Shown one piece after another: positions 18,029 through 27,688 of a DNA stretch of 64,000 bases; position 1 is the stretch's first letter; the number at the start of each line of letters is the position of its first letter. Source of the stretch: an uncultured Gammaproteobacteria bacterium (GTDB lineage: Bacteria; Patescibacteriota; Patescibacteriia; Magasanikbacterales; UBA922); the NCBI GenBank assembly GCA_964418775.1, contig CAYQNA010000001.1, forward strand, positions 64,446 to 128,445, written 5' to 3'. The translations under genes were made by a program, and so were the position numbers. The notes under the pieces are model-generated. The model was not told the DNA's origin. It saw only the letters and a list, made by a program, of their open reading frames with translations, and searched no databases.

Positions 18029-19433
18029 ACAATTCTTTGACTGTGCTAAATTTTATAACCCCAAGTCCTAGAATCGCCACAGCATATGTTGCACTGCCAA
18101 GGATAATTGTAATTGTGAGTGCCCAAGTACGTGTAGTCCATAGCACGGCGCCCATCAAAAGCGCGGCAACAATTGTTTTGCCAAGTGGTTTGAATGATAA
18201 ATGATTGGGGATTAAGCGAGTGACCGTAAAGGCAAGCAAAAGTCCGGCATACCATTCGGAAAAAACCGTGAGCGCGGCTGCGCCCAACCAACCAAAGCGA
18301 GGGATGGCCCACAAATATCCGCCGAGTGTGATGATTGCGTTGGAAATATAAATCCACATGGTCGCTTTTTGACGATTGATAGCCACTGCGGCATGACCAA
18401 ACACTGCGCCCACAAAAACTCCAAGCACAGCCCACGAAAGCAAGCCAAGCATTGGGCCAGCTGAGGCAAATTCAGGTCCAAACACAAGCGTCAAAACACG
18501 TGGCGCGAGTAGGGAGCAGCCAACCGCAATGGGAATTCCAATCAACATGAGGACGTTAAAACTTTGTTGGTAGCGTTCGCTGAATTCGCGTTCGTCGTGT
18601 TTGGCCCAGCTGGCGGCCAGGAGCGGCAGCATGACGCCCATAATCATCATGGCAAGTTGTGACAAAATATCAATTACGCGATACGCGGCTCCGTACCAAC
18701 CAACTTCAGTTTGTGAACGGAAAAGCGACAATAAGAGTGTGTCACCCTTTAAATACACCACATTAAATACAATGGACACGGCAATTGGCCACATTTTCAC
18801 AGTTACTTCGCGCCAAATTGGACCACTAAACGCAAGTCCAGCTGGCTGTTCACGTTGTGCTTGCCACCATAGTACAGCGGTAAAAATTAAACTCGCGCCG
18901 GCCACTGCCGCCATAAGTGGCAAAAATCCAGCGCCAAAATGAATCAACAGCCACATGGCAATTACCAAGGCCACACGTCCGGCTACTTCACCAAGCACCA
19001 CCACGTGCATGCGCAATCGATATTGGTAAAATCCGGTTAAAACTTGGTTCAGGGCCGTGGCCACAAACGAAATGGCCATGAGCGCAATTGCCCATTTAAC
19101 GAGTGGCGGATAGGGGAATAGCAAACTCGCAAGTGGTGCGACTAAAAAAAACACCCCGGCAGTGACAAACCGGTACCCTAATAAATTTGGCAGTAACACT
19201 TCCTGCTTGTGGCGCCCTTCGCCCAACATCTGGGCGGTGACGGGGATTAACCCAAAATCAACCAAAATTCCGGCAAATTGCAAAAACGTAATTGAAGTTG
19301 TGTACCAACCAAACTGCTCTGGCCCCAAGTATCGCCCGAGCATCGCAATCGCGGCTAGACCCAAGATTGTGGATACAATTTTTCCAACGAGCTGCACACT
19401 CGTATTAAAGGCCAATTTCTTGGTTAAACTCAT
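18015..19433 (-). CDS. MOP-superfamily polysaccharide/oligosaccharide flippase (Wzx/MurJ-like)
   Basis: 472 aa with about 12-14 TM helices. N-terminal pattern (KKLAFNTSVQLVGKIVSTILGLAAIAMLGRYLGPEQFGWY) is typical of the polysaccharide biosynthesis protein family. Confidence 0.7.
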   Translation of the reverse strand: MSLTKKLAFNTSVQLVGKIVSTILGLAAIAMLGRYLGPEQFGWYTTSITFLQFAGILVDFGLIPVTAQMLGEGRHKQEVLLPNLLGYRFVTAGVFFLVAPLASLLFPYPPLVKWAIALMAISFVATALNQVLTGFYQYRLRMHVVVLGEVAGRVALVIAMWLLIHFGAGFLPLMAAVAGASLIFTAVLWWQAQREQPAGLAFSGPIWREVTVKMWPIAVSIVFNVVYLKGDTLLLSLFRSQTEVGWYGAAYRVIDILSQLAMMIMGVMLPLLAASWAKHDEREFSERYQQSFNVLMLIGIPIAVGCSLLAPRVLTLVFGPEFASAGPMLGLLSWAVLGVFVGAVFGHAAVAINRQKATMWIYISNAIITLGGYLWAIPRFGWLGAAALTVFSEWYAGLLLAFTVTRLIPNHLSFKPLGKTIVAALLMGAVLWTTRTWALTITIILGSATYAVAILGLGVIKFSTVKELFARS

Positions 19434-19482
19434 ATGCGCGAGTATAGCATGCAGTCATTTTTTTTGGTATACTGCAAAAACT

Positions 19483-21363
19483 ATGCGTTACTTTTCTATT
19501 TCCAAAATTGCACGCTTAGCGGCTGTATTTGTAACTCTTTTATCTTTAGCTGTTCCGAATTTTGCCCTGGCCGCTGCTCCAGTGGTAACCATTAGTGACC
19601 CGCGGTATGCGGCGGTCATGACTGCCCAGTCGCTCAAAGACCCGGTCAGTGTTAAGGCTGGTCAGGCTGTGTCAGTGACGTTTTCGTTCAAAAATACCGG
19701 TACCGTGACTTGGGACAATACTGGTAAAAATTACTTGTCTGCATACACCATGGAACCACGCGATCGGGCCTCGGTTTTCAAAGGCACTGGTTGGGTTAGT
19801 GCTAAACAAACTGGCAAAATGACGGGCACGATTAAGCCTGGTCAGACAGGCAAGCTAACGGTTTCGTTTAAAGCCCCAACCAAGGCAGGCGCGTACACGG
19901 AAAAATTTTATTTGGCCGCAGAAAACAAAACTTGGGTAAAAGGAGGTTATTTTTACATTAAGTTCAATGTTACTGGTACTGCGACCACTAAGCCAAGTAC
20001 AGATTTAGAAGAAGCTGTACCAGGCAGCGAAGATGAACAAGTGGCGGCGATTAGCGCAAACCGATTTTTCCTTGGTCAGCGTACACTCAGCGGCCAGGGC
20101 GGCACGCCGATCTCGTTCATGGTTGGGTACCAAAATACGGGTAGTTCGGCTTGGAACAATTATCGCTTTGTCCTCGCGAGCGCGACTGGTACAAACCAGA
20201 GTGCTTTTGCCGATAGTAGCTGGGCAGATGGGCAAACAGCCGTAAATCGGACAATGCCAATCGCTGCCAATGGGTATTTGCGCGATACTTTGACCTTGCG
20301 CTTGCCGCAACAGACTGGTACATACACAGCCGCCATTGACCTGCTGGTAAATGGTCAGCGTGTACCAGGGGCTACTATTTTCTTGCCAGTAACCGTCACT
20401 TCGGATGCACCTCCAGGCTACACTGTTCCCAGCTTTGGCAGTGCAATTGATACTTTAGCTAACCAAATTCCACGCTTGACCGAAGAGCCAACCATCCGTG
20501 TTGGTTTGTGGAAGCCAGATGGCGACGTGTACTTTGTTTCTAATGATGACGATTATCAGATTTACCAAGGCACCACGCTGGTCAGTACCACTTTGCCACG
20601 AGGGTACAGCGCTTTGCTTGCGTTTGATGGCTCTACATATAGTCTTAAATCCGGCGACATTACTATTGCCGGACCGGATTATATTCGGTTAGTGCCAGTC
20701 ACAAACCTTCATGCTGTATTTACATTAACTAATTTCGACCGTCCAATTGCCGGGCGCACAGGTGTGAACTTTAATAAATACCGGGGTGCAATGGAATTGC
20801 GACAAGCACGCGACGCCGAGAAAAATCTCTATGTCATTAACGAGTTACTCATGGAAGACTATGTTAATGGAATTGGCGAAAATGCGAATGGCTCACCAAT
20901 TGAATATCTTAAGGCCCAAGCCGTGGCCCAACGCACCTATGCCTATTACACCATGGAGTACACGGCCAAGTATAAGACGCGTTATTTTGATGTGGTTGCG
21001 CACACAGGGGACCAGCTATATTTGGGCTATAACAGCGAGCAACGTATGACTAATTTTGTGAGTGCAGCCCAAGCTACGCGTGGGTACATGGTTACATACA
21101 ATAGCGAGATTGTAATCACGCCATACTTTGGCAACGCTGATACGCGCACTCGCTCGTGGACCGAGGTCTGGGGTGGTAAAGCCAAACCATGGCTTGTGCC
21201 GGTAGCCACAACTTACGATGCTAAAGATGGCAAAAAATTGTACGGCCATGGTGTGGGCATGAGTCAACGTGACGCGGCCTATCGTGCCGATGAAACTGGT
21301 GCTGATTTTATGGCCTTGCTTAAGTACTACTATACAGGTGTGGACGTAAGTAAAATTTACTAA
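19483..21363 (+). CDS. Secreted SpoIID/LytB-domain protein with N-terminal Ig-like/CARDB-like repeats
   Basis: ATG at 19483 gives a signal peptide (MRYFSISKIARLAAVFVTLLSLAVPNFALA). The C-terminal region (...YYTMEY ... RYFDVVAHTGDQLYLGY ... TPYFGNADTRTRS...) matches the SpoIID/LytB amidase-enhancer domain. The track ORF from 19162 overlaps the flippase and is an over-extension. Confidence 0.7.
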   Translation: MRYFSISKIARLAAVFVTLLSLAVPNFALAAAPVVTISDPRYAAVMTAQSLKDPVSVKAGQAVSVTFSFKNTGTVTWDNTGKNYLSAYTMEPRDRASVFKGTGWVSAKQTGKMTGTIKPGQTGKLTVSFKAPTKAGAYTEKFYLAAENKTWVKGGYFYIKFNVTGTATTKPSTDLEEAVPGSEDEQVAAISANRFFLGQRTLSGQGGTPISFMVGYQNTGSSAWNNYRFVLASATGTNQSAFADSSWADGQTAVNRTMPIAANGYLRDTLTLRLPQQTGTYTAAIDLLVNGQRVPGATIFLPVTVTSDAPPGYTVPSFGSAIDTLANQIPRLTEEPTIRVGLWKPDGDVYFVSNDDDYQIYQGTTLVSTTLPRGYSALLAFDGSTYSLKSGDITIAGPDYIRLVPVTNLHAVFTLTNFDRPIAGRTGVNFNKYRGAMELRQARDAEKNLYVINELLMEDYVNGIGENANGSPIEYLKAQAVAQRTYAYYTMEYTAKYKTRYFDVVAHTGDQLYLGYNSEQRMTNFVSAAQATRGYMVTYNSEIVITPYFGNADTRTRSWTEVWGGKAKPWLVPVATTYDAKDGKKLYGHGVGMSQRDAAYRADETGADFMALLKYYYTGVDVSKIY

Positions 21364-21372
21364 GAGATTCCA

Positions 21373-21406
21373 CAAAAAAGACGGCCTACGAGGCCGTCTT
21401 TTTATT
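21373..21406. terminator. Rho-independent terminator, bidirectional
   Basis: AAAAAAGACGGCCTACGAGGCCGTCTTTTTATTT: a perfect hairpin flanked by an A-run and a T-run between convergent genes. Confidence 0.8.
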
Positions 21407-21416
21407 TGTATGTAGA

Positions 21417-22493
21417 TTATTCAGTTGGAGGAGCTTCTTCGCCCTCAGCTGGAACGTCGAGTTCTTCTGGGGGCGCAGTTTCGCCACGTTCCACTGCTTC
21501 CCAAACTTTTTCATTGATTGAAGCAATGAGTTTAGGGTTTTCACGGAGGAACTGCTTGGCTTTTTCACGACCAACACCAAGTTTTTCTTCGCCAAACGTA
21601 AAGCTGTTACCAGATTTGGTTACCACGCGGTGGAGAACACCTGTGTCGAGTGCATCACCCGAAATGGAAATACCCTCGTTGTACATGATGTCGAATTCAG
21701 TCGTGCGGAATGGGGCCGCGACTTTATTCTTAACGACTTTAATTTTTACGCGGTTACCAATGACTTTCTCACCCTGCTTAATTTGGGCTGCACGACGAAT
21801 TTCAATACGGACCGAAGCGTAGAATTTAAGCGCATTGCCACCAGTGGTTGTTTCTGGATTGCCAAAGAACACACCAATTTTTTGGCGGATTTGGTTAATG
21901 AAAATAACCACCGTGTTGCTTTTGCTAATGATGCCGGTAAGTTTGCGCAGCGCCTGACTCATCAAACGAGCTTGCAAACCCATGTGCGAGTCACCCATTT
22001 CACCTTCGATTTCGGCTTTTGGCACCAGTGCCGCGACTGAGTCGACCACGACGACGTCCACGGCATTCGAGCGCACGAGTGTTTCTACAATGTCGAGCGC
22101 CTGTTCACCAGTGTCTGGCTGCGAAATAAGCAAATTGTCCACATCTACGCCAATTTTGCGCGCATAGTCTGGGTCGAGTGCGTGTTCCGCATCCACAAAC
22201 GCGGCCATGCCGCCTTTTTTCTGTACCTCGGCAATAATATGCTGAGCCAAAGTCGTTTTACCACTGGCTTCTGGTCCAAAAATTTCAATTATGCGACCAC
22301 GTGGTACACCACCTACGCCGAGTGCAATGTCGAGTGATAATGAGCCAGTCGAGACCGCATCCACCTGACTGCGTTTAGCCTCGCCAAAACGCATAATTGC
22401 ATTTTCACCAAATTTTTCTTTAATCAGCTCAATTGCGCTAGCCGCAGCCTTGAGCTTGGCTTGTTGTTCGTCAGAAGGTTTATTTTTTGCCAT
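21417..22493 (-). CDS. recA: Recombinase RecA
   Basis: Walker [10 protein letters not shown] and the full-length canonical RecA sequence ([18 protein letters not shown] ... loops L1/L2). Confidence 0.97.
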   Translation of the reverse strand: MAKNKPSDEQQAKLKAAASAIELIKEKFGENAIMRFGEAKRSQVDAVSTGSLSLDIALGVGGVPRGRIIEIFGPEASGKTTLAQHIIAEVQKKGGMAAFVDAEHALDPDYARKIGVDVDNLLISQPDTGEQALDIVETLVRSNAVDVVVVDSVAALVPKAEIEGEMGDSHMGLQARLMSQALRKLTGIISKSNTVVIFINQIRQKIGVFFGNPETTTGGNALKFYASVRIEIRRAAQIKQGEKVIGNRVKIKVVKNKVAAPFRTTEFDIMYNEGISISGDALDTGVLHRVVTKSGNSFTFGEEKLGVGREKAKQFLRENPKLIASINEKVWEAVERGETAPPEELDVPAEGEEAPPTE

Positions 22494-22562
22494 ACGAAGA
22501 AATTAAAAAACAAGTACCACGCTCTAAGTATGATACTTGTTTGAAGTGGTGCCGTCAAACGT

Positions 22563-23255
22563 CTAGCTGCCGCTGGCAAGGACTTCGGCTCGACCCACCT
22601 GCGGTGCCTCGCGATAAATGATGTGGCGCGTGGTTTGGGTGGTTTTACCGTGTTTTTTTTCGGCCGTCACCACCACTGTATTGATTCCCGGCTGGAGTAT
22701 GAGAGGTTGGTTAAATCGACCCTGTTCGTCACTCATGACTGATTGGCCGTTGATAGCGATTTTAACCTCCGGTTCAGTGAGGCCGCTCACGTTAACTTCG
22801 TGTGTGCTTGAAATTAAGCCTTCATTGGGGCCGACCAGGGTGAGCTCTGGTGGGCGTACTGTTTGCCTGACTTGCAGCCCAAGATAACTTAGACAAATAA
22901 TCGCAATTACGCCGGTTGTGCTCCAGCGGAATAGACTTGGTAAATTGGATAAATGCCAACGGCCAAAGCCTTTTGGTTCGGCTACAGGCGTGCTTTCGGT
23001 CAAACAGGTTTCGGCCAAAAGTGGCTCTGGGTCCAAACCAAGGGCTTGGGCGTATTTTTTTACAAATTGACGGCGGTACAGGGTGGAGACACCCACACAA
23101 TTACCGGCTTCGAGTGCAGCTAGGTGCTCTTTCATGAGTTTGGTTTTGGCGCTGACAATTTCCAGAGTCCAGCCTTTGGCTTGGCGCGCTTCGCGTAACC
23201 GAACACCAACCGGGATTACCTGGGTTTCAAGAGTTTTTTTAATAAATTCGGCCAT
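22563..23255 (-). CDS. RodZ-like HTH-domain membrane protein
   Basis: N-terminal XRE-type HTH (VGVRLREARQAKGWTLEIVSAKTKL), a single TM segment and a C-terminal extracytoplasmic domain, the RodZ architecture. Adjacent to ftsK. Confidence 0.6.
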   Translation of the reverse strand: MAEFIKKTLETQVIPVGVRLREARQAKGWTLEIVSAKTKLMKEHLAALEAGNCVGVSTLYRRQFVKKYAQALGLDPEPLLAETCLTESTPVAEPKGFGRWHLSNLPSLFRWSTTGVIAIICLSYLGLQVRQTVRPPELTLVGPNEGLISSTHEVNVSGLTEPEVKIAINGQSVMSDEQGRFNQPLILQPGINTVVVTAEKKHGKTTQTTRHIIYREAPQVGRAEVLASGS

Positions 23256-23257
23256 AA

Positions 23258-25633
23258 TTAGAATGGCAGGGCTTTGCCTTTAGCGTCTTCCTCTTCTTCG
23301 TCTTCTAATTCCTCATCCTCGGCATCTTCGTCGTCTAGTTCGGCTTCTTTCTCATCTTCGGCCTCGGTTTCGGGCGCGCTAAAAACGTTCAGCTCCTGAC
23401 CTGTATTCATTGTACCAGATTCGCCTTCGTCTGTCACAAATACCTCGCGTGGTTTGGCACCATCAGCCGGTCCAACAATACCAGCTTGCTCTAATTCATC
23501 GAGCAAGCGGGCCGCGCGTGCGTAGCCCACCTTCATGCGGCGTTGCAACAGCGAGGCGCTAGCTTTACCAGCCTGGATAACAAAACGTTTGGCATCTTCA
23601 AACAATGCATCTTGCTCGTCAGTTGGGCCGCCGAACATACTACCTGTCGCACTGCCAGTTTGTGAACCAACAATTGATTCATCGTACTCTGGCTCTTCGT
23701 CACCTTTAAGGTAATCAACCACACGCTTCATTTCTTCTTCAGAAATAAATGCACCTTGAATGCGCACTGGGCGCGACAATTCCGCACATGAATACAACAT
23801 GTCACCACGGCCTAATAGTTTTTCCGCACCAGGCGAATCTAAAATCGTGCGTGAGTCAATCACCGACGCAACCGAGAACGCAATGCGGCCTGGAATATTG
23901 GCCTTCATTAAACCAGTAATTACGTCAACACTTGGACGTTGTGTGGCGACAATCAAATGAATACCGACCGCACGAGCCATTTGCGCTAAACGAATAATGC
24001 CAGATTCAATTTCATTTGCAGCTGCGGCCATTAAGTCGGCCAATTCATCAATTACAAAAACAATGTAAGGAATTTTCGCTTCAGGATGTTTTTGATTGTA
24101 TGAACCAATGTCGCGACTACCAACTGAAGCCAGCAACTCAAACCGACGTTCCATTTCACCAATTGTCCACTTGAGCGCGTTTACGGTTTTTTGCACATTT
24201 GTAATTACGGGCGTCAGCAAATGTGGAATGCCATTATATAGCGTTAATTCAACGCGTTTTGGATCCACCATAATTAAGCGCAATGTTTCAGCCGTGTTTT
24301 GGTACAACAAGCCCATGATAATTGTGTTCATGCACACGGTTTTACCCGAACCAGTCGCACCAGCCACGAGCAAGTGGGGGAGGCGGGGTAAATCACCAAA
24401 CCATACTTTGCCCGCCACGTCTTTTCCGAGCAACAACTTGATATTGTGGTTGCGTTGACGGAAATCTTTGTCTTCGAGCAATTCTTTGAAGCTGACGAGC
24501 GCGGTTTTTTCATTTGGTACTTCTACACCCACCAGCGACTTGCCCGGAATTGGGGCTTCAATACGAATTGGATGTGCGGCAAGCGCGAGCGCTAAGTCAT
24601 TGCTTAGGCCGGTAATGCGCGACAATTTTACACCTGCGGCTGGTTTCATGGTGTATTGGGTCACAGTCGGTCCCACGCGCACTTCGCCCATGTCCACGTC
24701 AATGTTGAATTGTTCAAACGTATCTTTGATAATAGCGGCATTCGCATCAATATCACCGCTCGTTGGTTTGCCACGTTTATCAGATAACAAATCAAGTGGT
24801 GGCAAATTTTTGATCACCACTTTTTTGGACCACACATCATTGGCCGCTGGTTCTTCTGTTTCCTCATCCTCGTCTTCTTCCTCATCACCGTTTCGCACTA
24901 CCAATGCTTTTTTCTGGAATTGTGGTGCACCGGTTGTTTCCTCGGTTTCCTCGTCTTCCTCAGACTCCTCGTCTTCTTCACTTTCTTCCTCTTCTTCTGG
25001 TTCTTCCTCATCGTACTCTTCGTCATCATTAGCTACACGTACGCGCGCCATTTGTTTTTGTTCACTTGGCACAAAAATTCGGTGTACACCGCGGGCAATA
25101 GCCTGACCAAGGCCCACAAAAATCGATAACACCGCGCGATACATGTCCAAAAAACTGCCGATGAAGGGCTGAAACACGAGTAACACGCCCACCAGTGCCA
25201 AAGCAATCAATACAATCCACGCTGCAATCATGCCAAAGTATGTTTGCAACAACCAGGCTGCCATACCAAGCACGCCACCACCTTGGCCAGCGAGTGCTGC
25301 GTCCCACATTGCATCAGGTGCAAATTGCAAATGAAACAAACTGCAAACCGAAATAAAAAATAACAATCCGCCGAGCGCATGGGTCGGGTGATATCGGTAA
25401 TCTTTGCCAAGCACCATGAACCACGTAATGAGCAAGATTGCGGGTGGCACAGCATAACGCATGCCGCCAAACAGTGCGCTCAGTACATAATCATTCAGCA
25501 TAATGCCCACCACGCCTGCTTTGCCAAAAAAACTAAGCGTAATAATAATTGCAGCCAAAGCAAGTATAACCACAATAATCCCACGCGAGAGCGTAGGGTT
25601 AAGCATGGAATCAGACTGCCGCCGTCGTGGCAT
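23258..25633 (-). CDS. ftsK: DNA translocase FtsK/SpoIIIE
   Basis: N-terminal TM domain. Motor domain with Walker A GATGSGKTV, Walker B VFVIDELADL and ATQRPSVDVITG. C-terminal gamma winged-helix (LLQRRMKVGYARAARLLDELEQAGIVG). Unusual poly-acidic linker and C-terminal acidic tail. Confidence 0.93.
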   Translation of the reverse strand: MPRRRQSDSMLNPTLSRGIIVVILALAAIIITLSFFGKAGVVGIMLNDYVLSALFGGMRYAVPPAILLITWFMVLGKDYRYHPTHALGGLLFFISVCSLFHLQFAPDAMWDAALAGQGGGVLGMAAWLLQTYFGMIAAWIVLIALALVGVLLVFQPFIGSFLDMYRAVLSIFVGLGQAIARGVHRIFVPSEQKQMARVRVANDDEEYDEEEPEEEEESEEDEESEEDEETEETTGAPQFQKKALVVRNGDEEEDEDEETEEPAANDVWSKKVVIKNLPPLDLLSDKRGKPTSGDIDANAAIIKDTFEQFNIDVDMGEVRVGPTVTQYTMKPAAGVKLSRITGLSNDLALALAAHPIRIEAPIPGKSLVGVEVPNEKTALVSFKELLEDKDFRQRNHNIKLLLGKDVAGKVWFGDLPRLPHLLVAGATGSGKTVCMNTIIMGLLYQNTAETLRLIMVDPKRVELTLYNGIPHLLTPVITNVQKTVNALKWTIGEMERRFELLASVGSRDIGSYNQKHPEAKIPYIVFVIDELADLMAAAANEIESGIIRLAQMARAVGIHLIVATQRPSVDVITGLMKANIPGRIAFSVASVIDSRTILDSPGAEKLLGRGDMLYSCAELSRPVRIQGAFISEEEMKRVVDYLKGDEEPEYDESIVGSQTGSATGSMFGGPTDEQDALFEDAKRFVIQAGKASASLLQRRMKVGYARAARLLDELEQAGIVGPADGAKPREVFVTDEGESGTMNTGQELNVFSAPETEAEDEKEAELDDEDAEDEELEDEEEEDAKGKALPF

Positions 25634-25776
25634 AGAAGGTTAAAGACTGACCAGAATTATAACACAAAATTTGTGAGGTGAGTAGTTTGGCGATGGCTTG
25701 ACAAACAAGTGTGTTTAATTTACGATTATCCGCCGTGCGTTCACATTCACGGTATAGGTACAGGAGAAACGGAGCA

Positions 25777-26385
25777 ATGGATATCGCAAGCACAGAAAAG
25801 GGCCGAGCAGCGGCGAGCAAAATCCAGCAACAACGGATGGAGCACGCAAAGAGGGTGCGTCAGCTCCTGGCTGGGCATTTCAGACATAGCTCTTTCACGT
25901 ACCACGAGGCCCACCGACATGTGTTGGGTCAGGGTATGAAAATCTCGTCTGGAAGTTTTCAGGCAATGTGGACTGATTTCAAAAATCTGTCTGTCCTTAC
26001 CGGCCGAGGTTGCGGGCCGGGTCAATGGCGTTTCGATCCGGACGTGTACTTTGACCGGTACCGGCAGTCGATCGACTGTCCGGCACTGTCTGAGTCTGCG
26101 CCAGAATCGGTAGTGGATCCACCATCTTTACCACGTCGACCAGAGAGTCTCCACGAGCTACGCAAGCACTTGCCTGCGCTGTTGGATATTTTGCCCACCG
26201 GTCTGGTCATCAAGAGCTTACGTAAAGTCAGAGGCTCAGATAAAGCCGAGACAGGGCAAATCAAACGACTCCGGCGAATTCTAGAATTACGGATGTCTGG
26301 CTTGAGCGATTCGGAAAAGGAAGAACTTCTTACCGAGCTGCTCGTCAGGATAGCTGACCGTATCCCACCACATTCGGCTGATTGA
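25777..26385 (+). CDS. Hypothetical protein (Arg-rich, GC-rich gene)
   Basis: ATG at 25777 is preceded by AGGAGA about 10 nt upstream. Product is 202 aa, basic, with no recognised motif. Composition is markedly GC-richer than the AT-rich island downstream. Confidence 0.45.
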   Translation: MDIASTEKGRAAASKIQQQRMEHAKRVRQLLAGHFRHSSFTYHEAHRHVLGQGMKISSGSFQAMWTDFKNLSVLTGRGCGPGQWRFDPDVYFDRYRQSIDCPALSESAPESVVDPPSLPRRPESLHELRKHLPALLDILPTGLVIKSLRKVRGSDKAETGQIKRLRRILELRMSGLSDSEKEELLTELLVRIADRIPPHSAD

Positions 26386-26580
26386 AATCCAATCGGCCAA
26401 TCCCAAAAACACACCACTAATGGTGTGTTTTTAATTTGCATAATTTTAATTATATAAATTTTTTATAATTAAAAATATCCGGACCACTTTGAATTTCTGA
26501 AGCTTTTTGATTCCGTCGTGTCAACTGAGTCATGAGGCGGCAAGATTTAGGGAAAAAACTTCTCGCGCAGTAGACTGATT

Positions 26581-27681
26581 TTATGGATACGACTTAATGT
26601 TTTTTAGTCTTGGATACGGAATAACGTCTTTTATATCGTCTCTGCATAGCAGCCACGTAATATATCTTTCTATTCCCATGCCAAATCCTGCGGTGGAAGA
26701 ATACTGTGGCATGTCGCGTAAGTTTATATACCAATAGTATGGATCCGGTGGTATGTTTTGTCGCTTTAATGATTCGTAACATTCAACTGCTCTATCTTGC
26801 CTTTGACCACAACCAACTACTTCACCTCCAAATGAAAACTCTGTTAATGGGGGAAATATTAAATCAGCATTTAATACTTGGTCAGTATTTTTAGGATCTG
26901 GTTTTTGATAGAAAGGGACTCTGTCTCTGTCAAAATTAGTAATCCAAAAAGGTTCATTTGGAGAAAATATCTTTGATAACTCAATTTCTCCGATACTAGA
27001 AATATCTCTTCCATGATCTGTGTAATTTATATATTTTGTATAGCCATGCTCTTCAAGAATTTTTATTGCAGAATTAAAATCTATTTTTTTAAAAGATTTT
27101 AGGGATGCCAGTATTTTCATTGCCTGTTTAGAATGTTCAGGCGAACCACTTAAGCAATGTATTAAAAATGGTATATCTAGCATTGTTTGAGTGATATATT
27201 TTATATATTTTTCAACCAATTGCATGATGTCCGTCAAATTACCCCGCATTTCTGCCTCGCAGTGGAAAAATTGATTAAGGTGTCGTTTGTCAGGTTTCTC
27301 CCCTCGCATCGATGGTAAATAACAGTAGAGCAAATTAAAATTATTCATGAGAATTGGCTCAAAACCAAACTGTGATGAATCTACTAGAAATGTATCTAGG
27401 TTTCCAAACTGTATAGCGACAGCTTCACTGTCTGATCCTGGACCCATAGGACTGGATACAGAAGGAGTAAGCATAAACAAATCAACATTTATTCCATTCT
27501 GTTGGACAGAAAAAAAATCATCAGAGGCAAGTTTTAATACATGACGTAAATATAATATTGCATTCCAATATTTGTCTGTCGCTAGATCTTCGGTGTGACT
27601 TTTTGGATCGTATTTTGGCGGTTCCGTACCCCCTGCTTTTTCAAATAATTTGTTAATTTTTCTAAGCAAATCTTGGTTCAT
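26581..27681 (-). CDS. AsnRS-like class IIb aaRS catalytic-core paralog (lacks N-terminal OB anticodon-binding domain; archaeal AS-AR asparagine-synthetase-like)
   Basis: The C-terminus EFSFGGEVVGCGQRQ ... DPYYWYINLRDMPQYSSTAGFGMGIERYITWLLCRDDIKDVIPYPR aligns to the AsnRS motif 3 region (ELSSGSQRIH ... [30 protein letters not shown] ... VRDVIPFPR). The N-terminus aligns to the start of the catalytic domain, not to an OB fold. 366 aa, roughly 30% GC. Confidence 0.75.
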   Translation of the reverse strand: MNQDLLRKINKLFEKAGGTEPPKYDPKSHTEDLATDKYWNAILYLRHVLKLASDDFFSVQQNGINVDLFMLTPSVSSPMGPGSDSEAVAIQFGNLDTFLVDSSQFGFEPILMNNFNLLYCYLPSMRGEKPDKRHLNQFFHCEAEMRGNLTDIMQLVEKYIKYITQTMLDIPFLIHCLSGSPEHSKQAMKILASLKSFKKIDFNSAIKILEEHGYTKYINYTDHGRDISSIGEIELSKIFSPNEPFWITNFDRDRVPFYQKPDPKNTDQVLNADLIFPPLTEFSFGGEVVGCGQRQDRAVECYESLKRQNIPPDPYYWYINLRDMPQYSSTAGFGMGIERYITWLLCRDDIKDVIPYPRLKNIKSYP

Positions 27682-27688
27682 AAAATAA

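Noticed and set aside
19162-19482. 5' extension of the SpoIID/LytB ORF (track start 19162)
   Set aside because: The extension overlaps the Wzx-like flippase gene on the other strand by about 270 nt and encodes no signal peptide. An internal ATG at 19483 gives a canonical signal peptide.
24468-25106. 212-aa Ser-rich plus-strand ORF inside ftsK
   Set aside because: It is the antisense reading of the poly-Glu/Asp-encoding repeat (GAA/GAG repeats read as Ser on the opposite strand), a pure repeat artefact.
23258-25633. Possible CRISPR or tandem-repeat array suggested by repetitive tcttc/ctcctc strings at about 23280-23350 and 24840-25030
   Set aside because: The repeats are short, imperfect and in-frame codon repeats for acidic residues within ftsK. 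There are no spacer/repeat periodicity and no cas genes.
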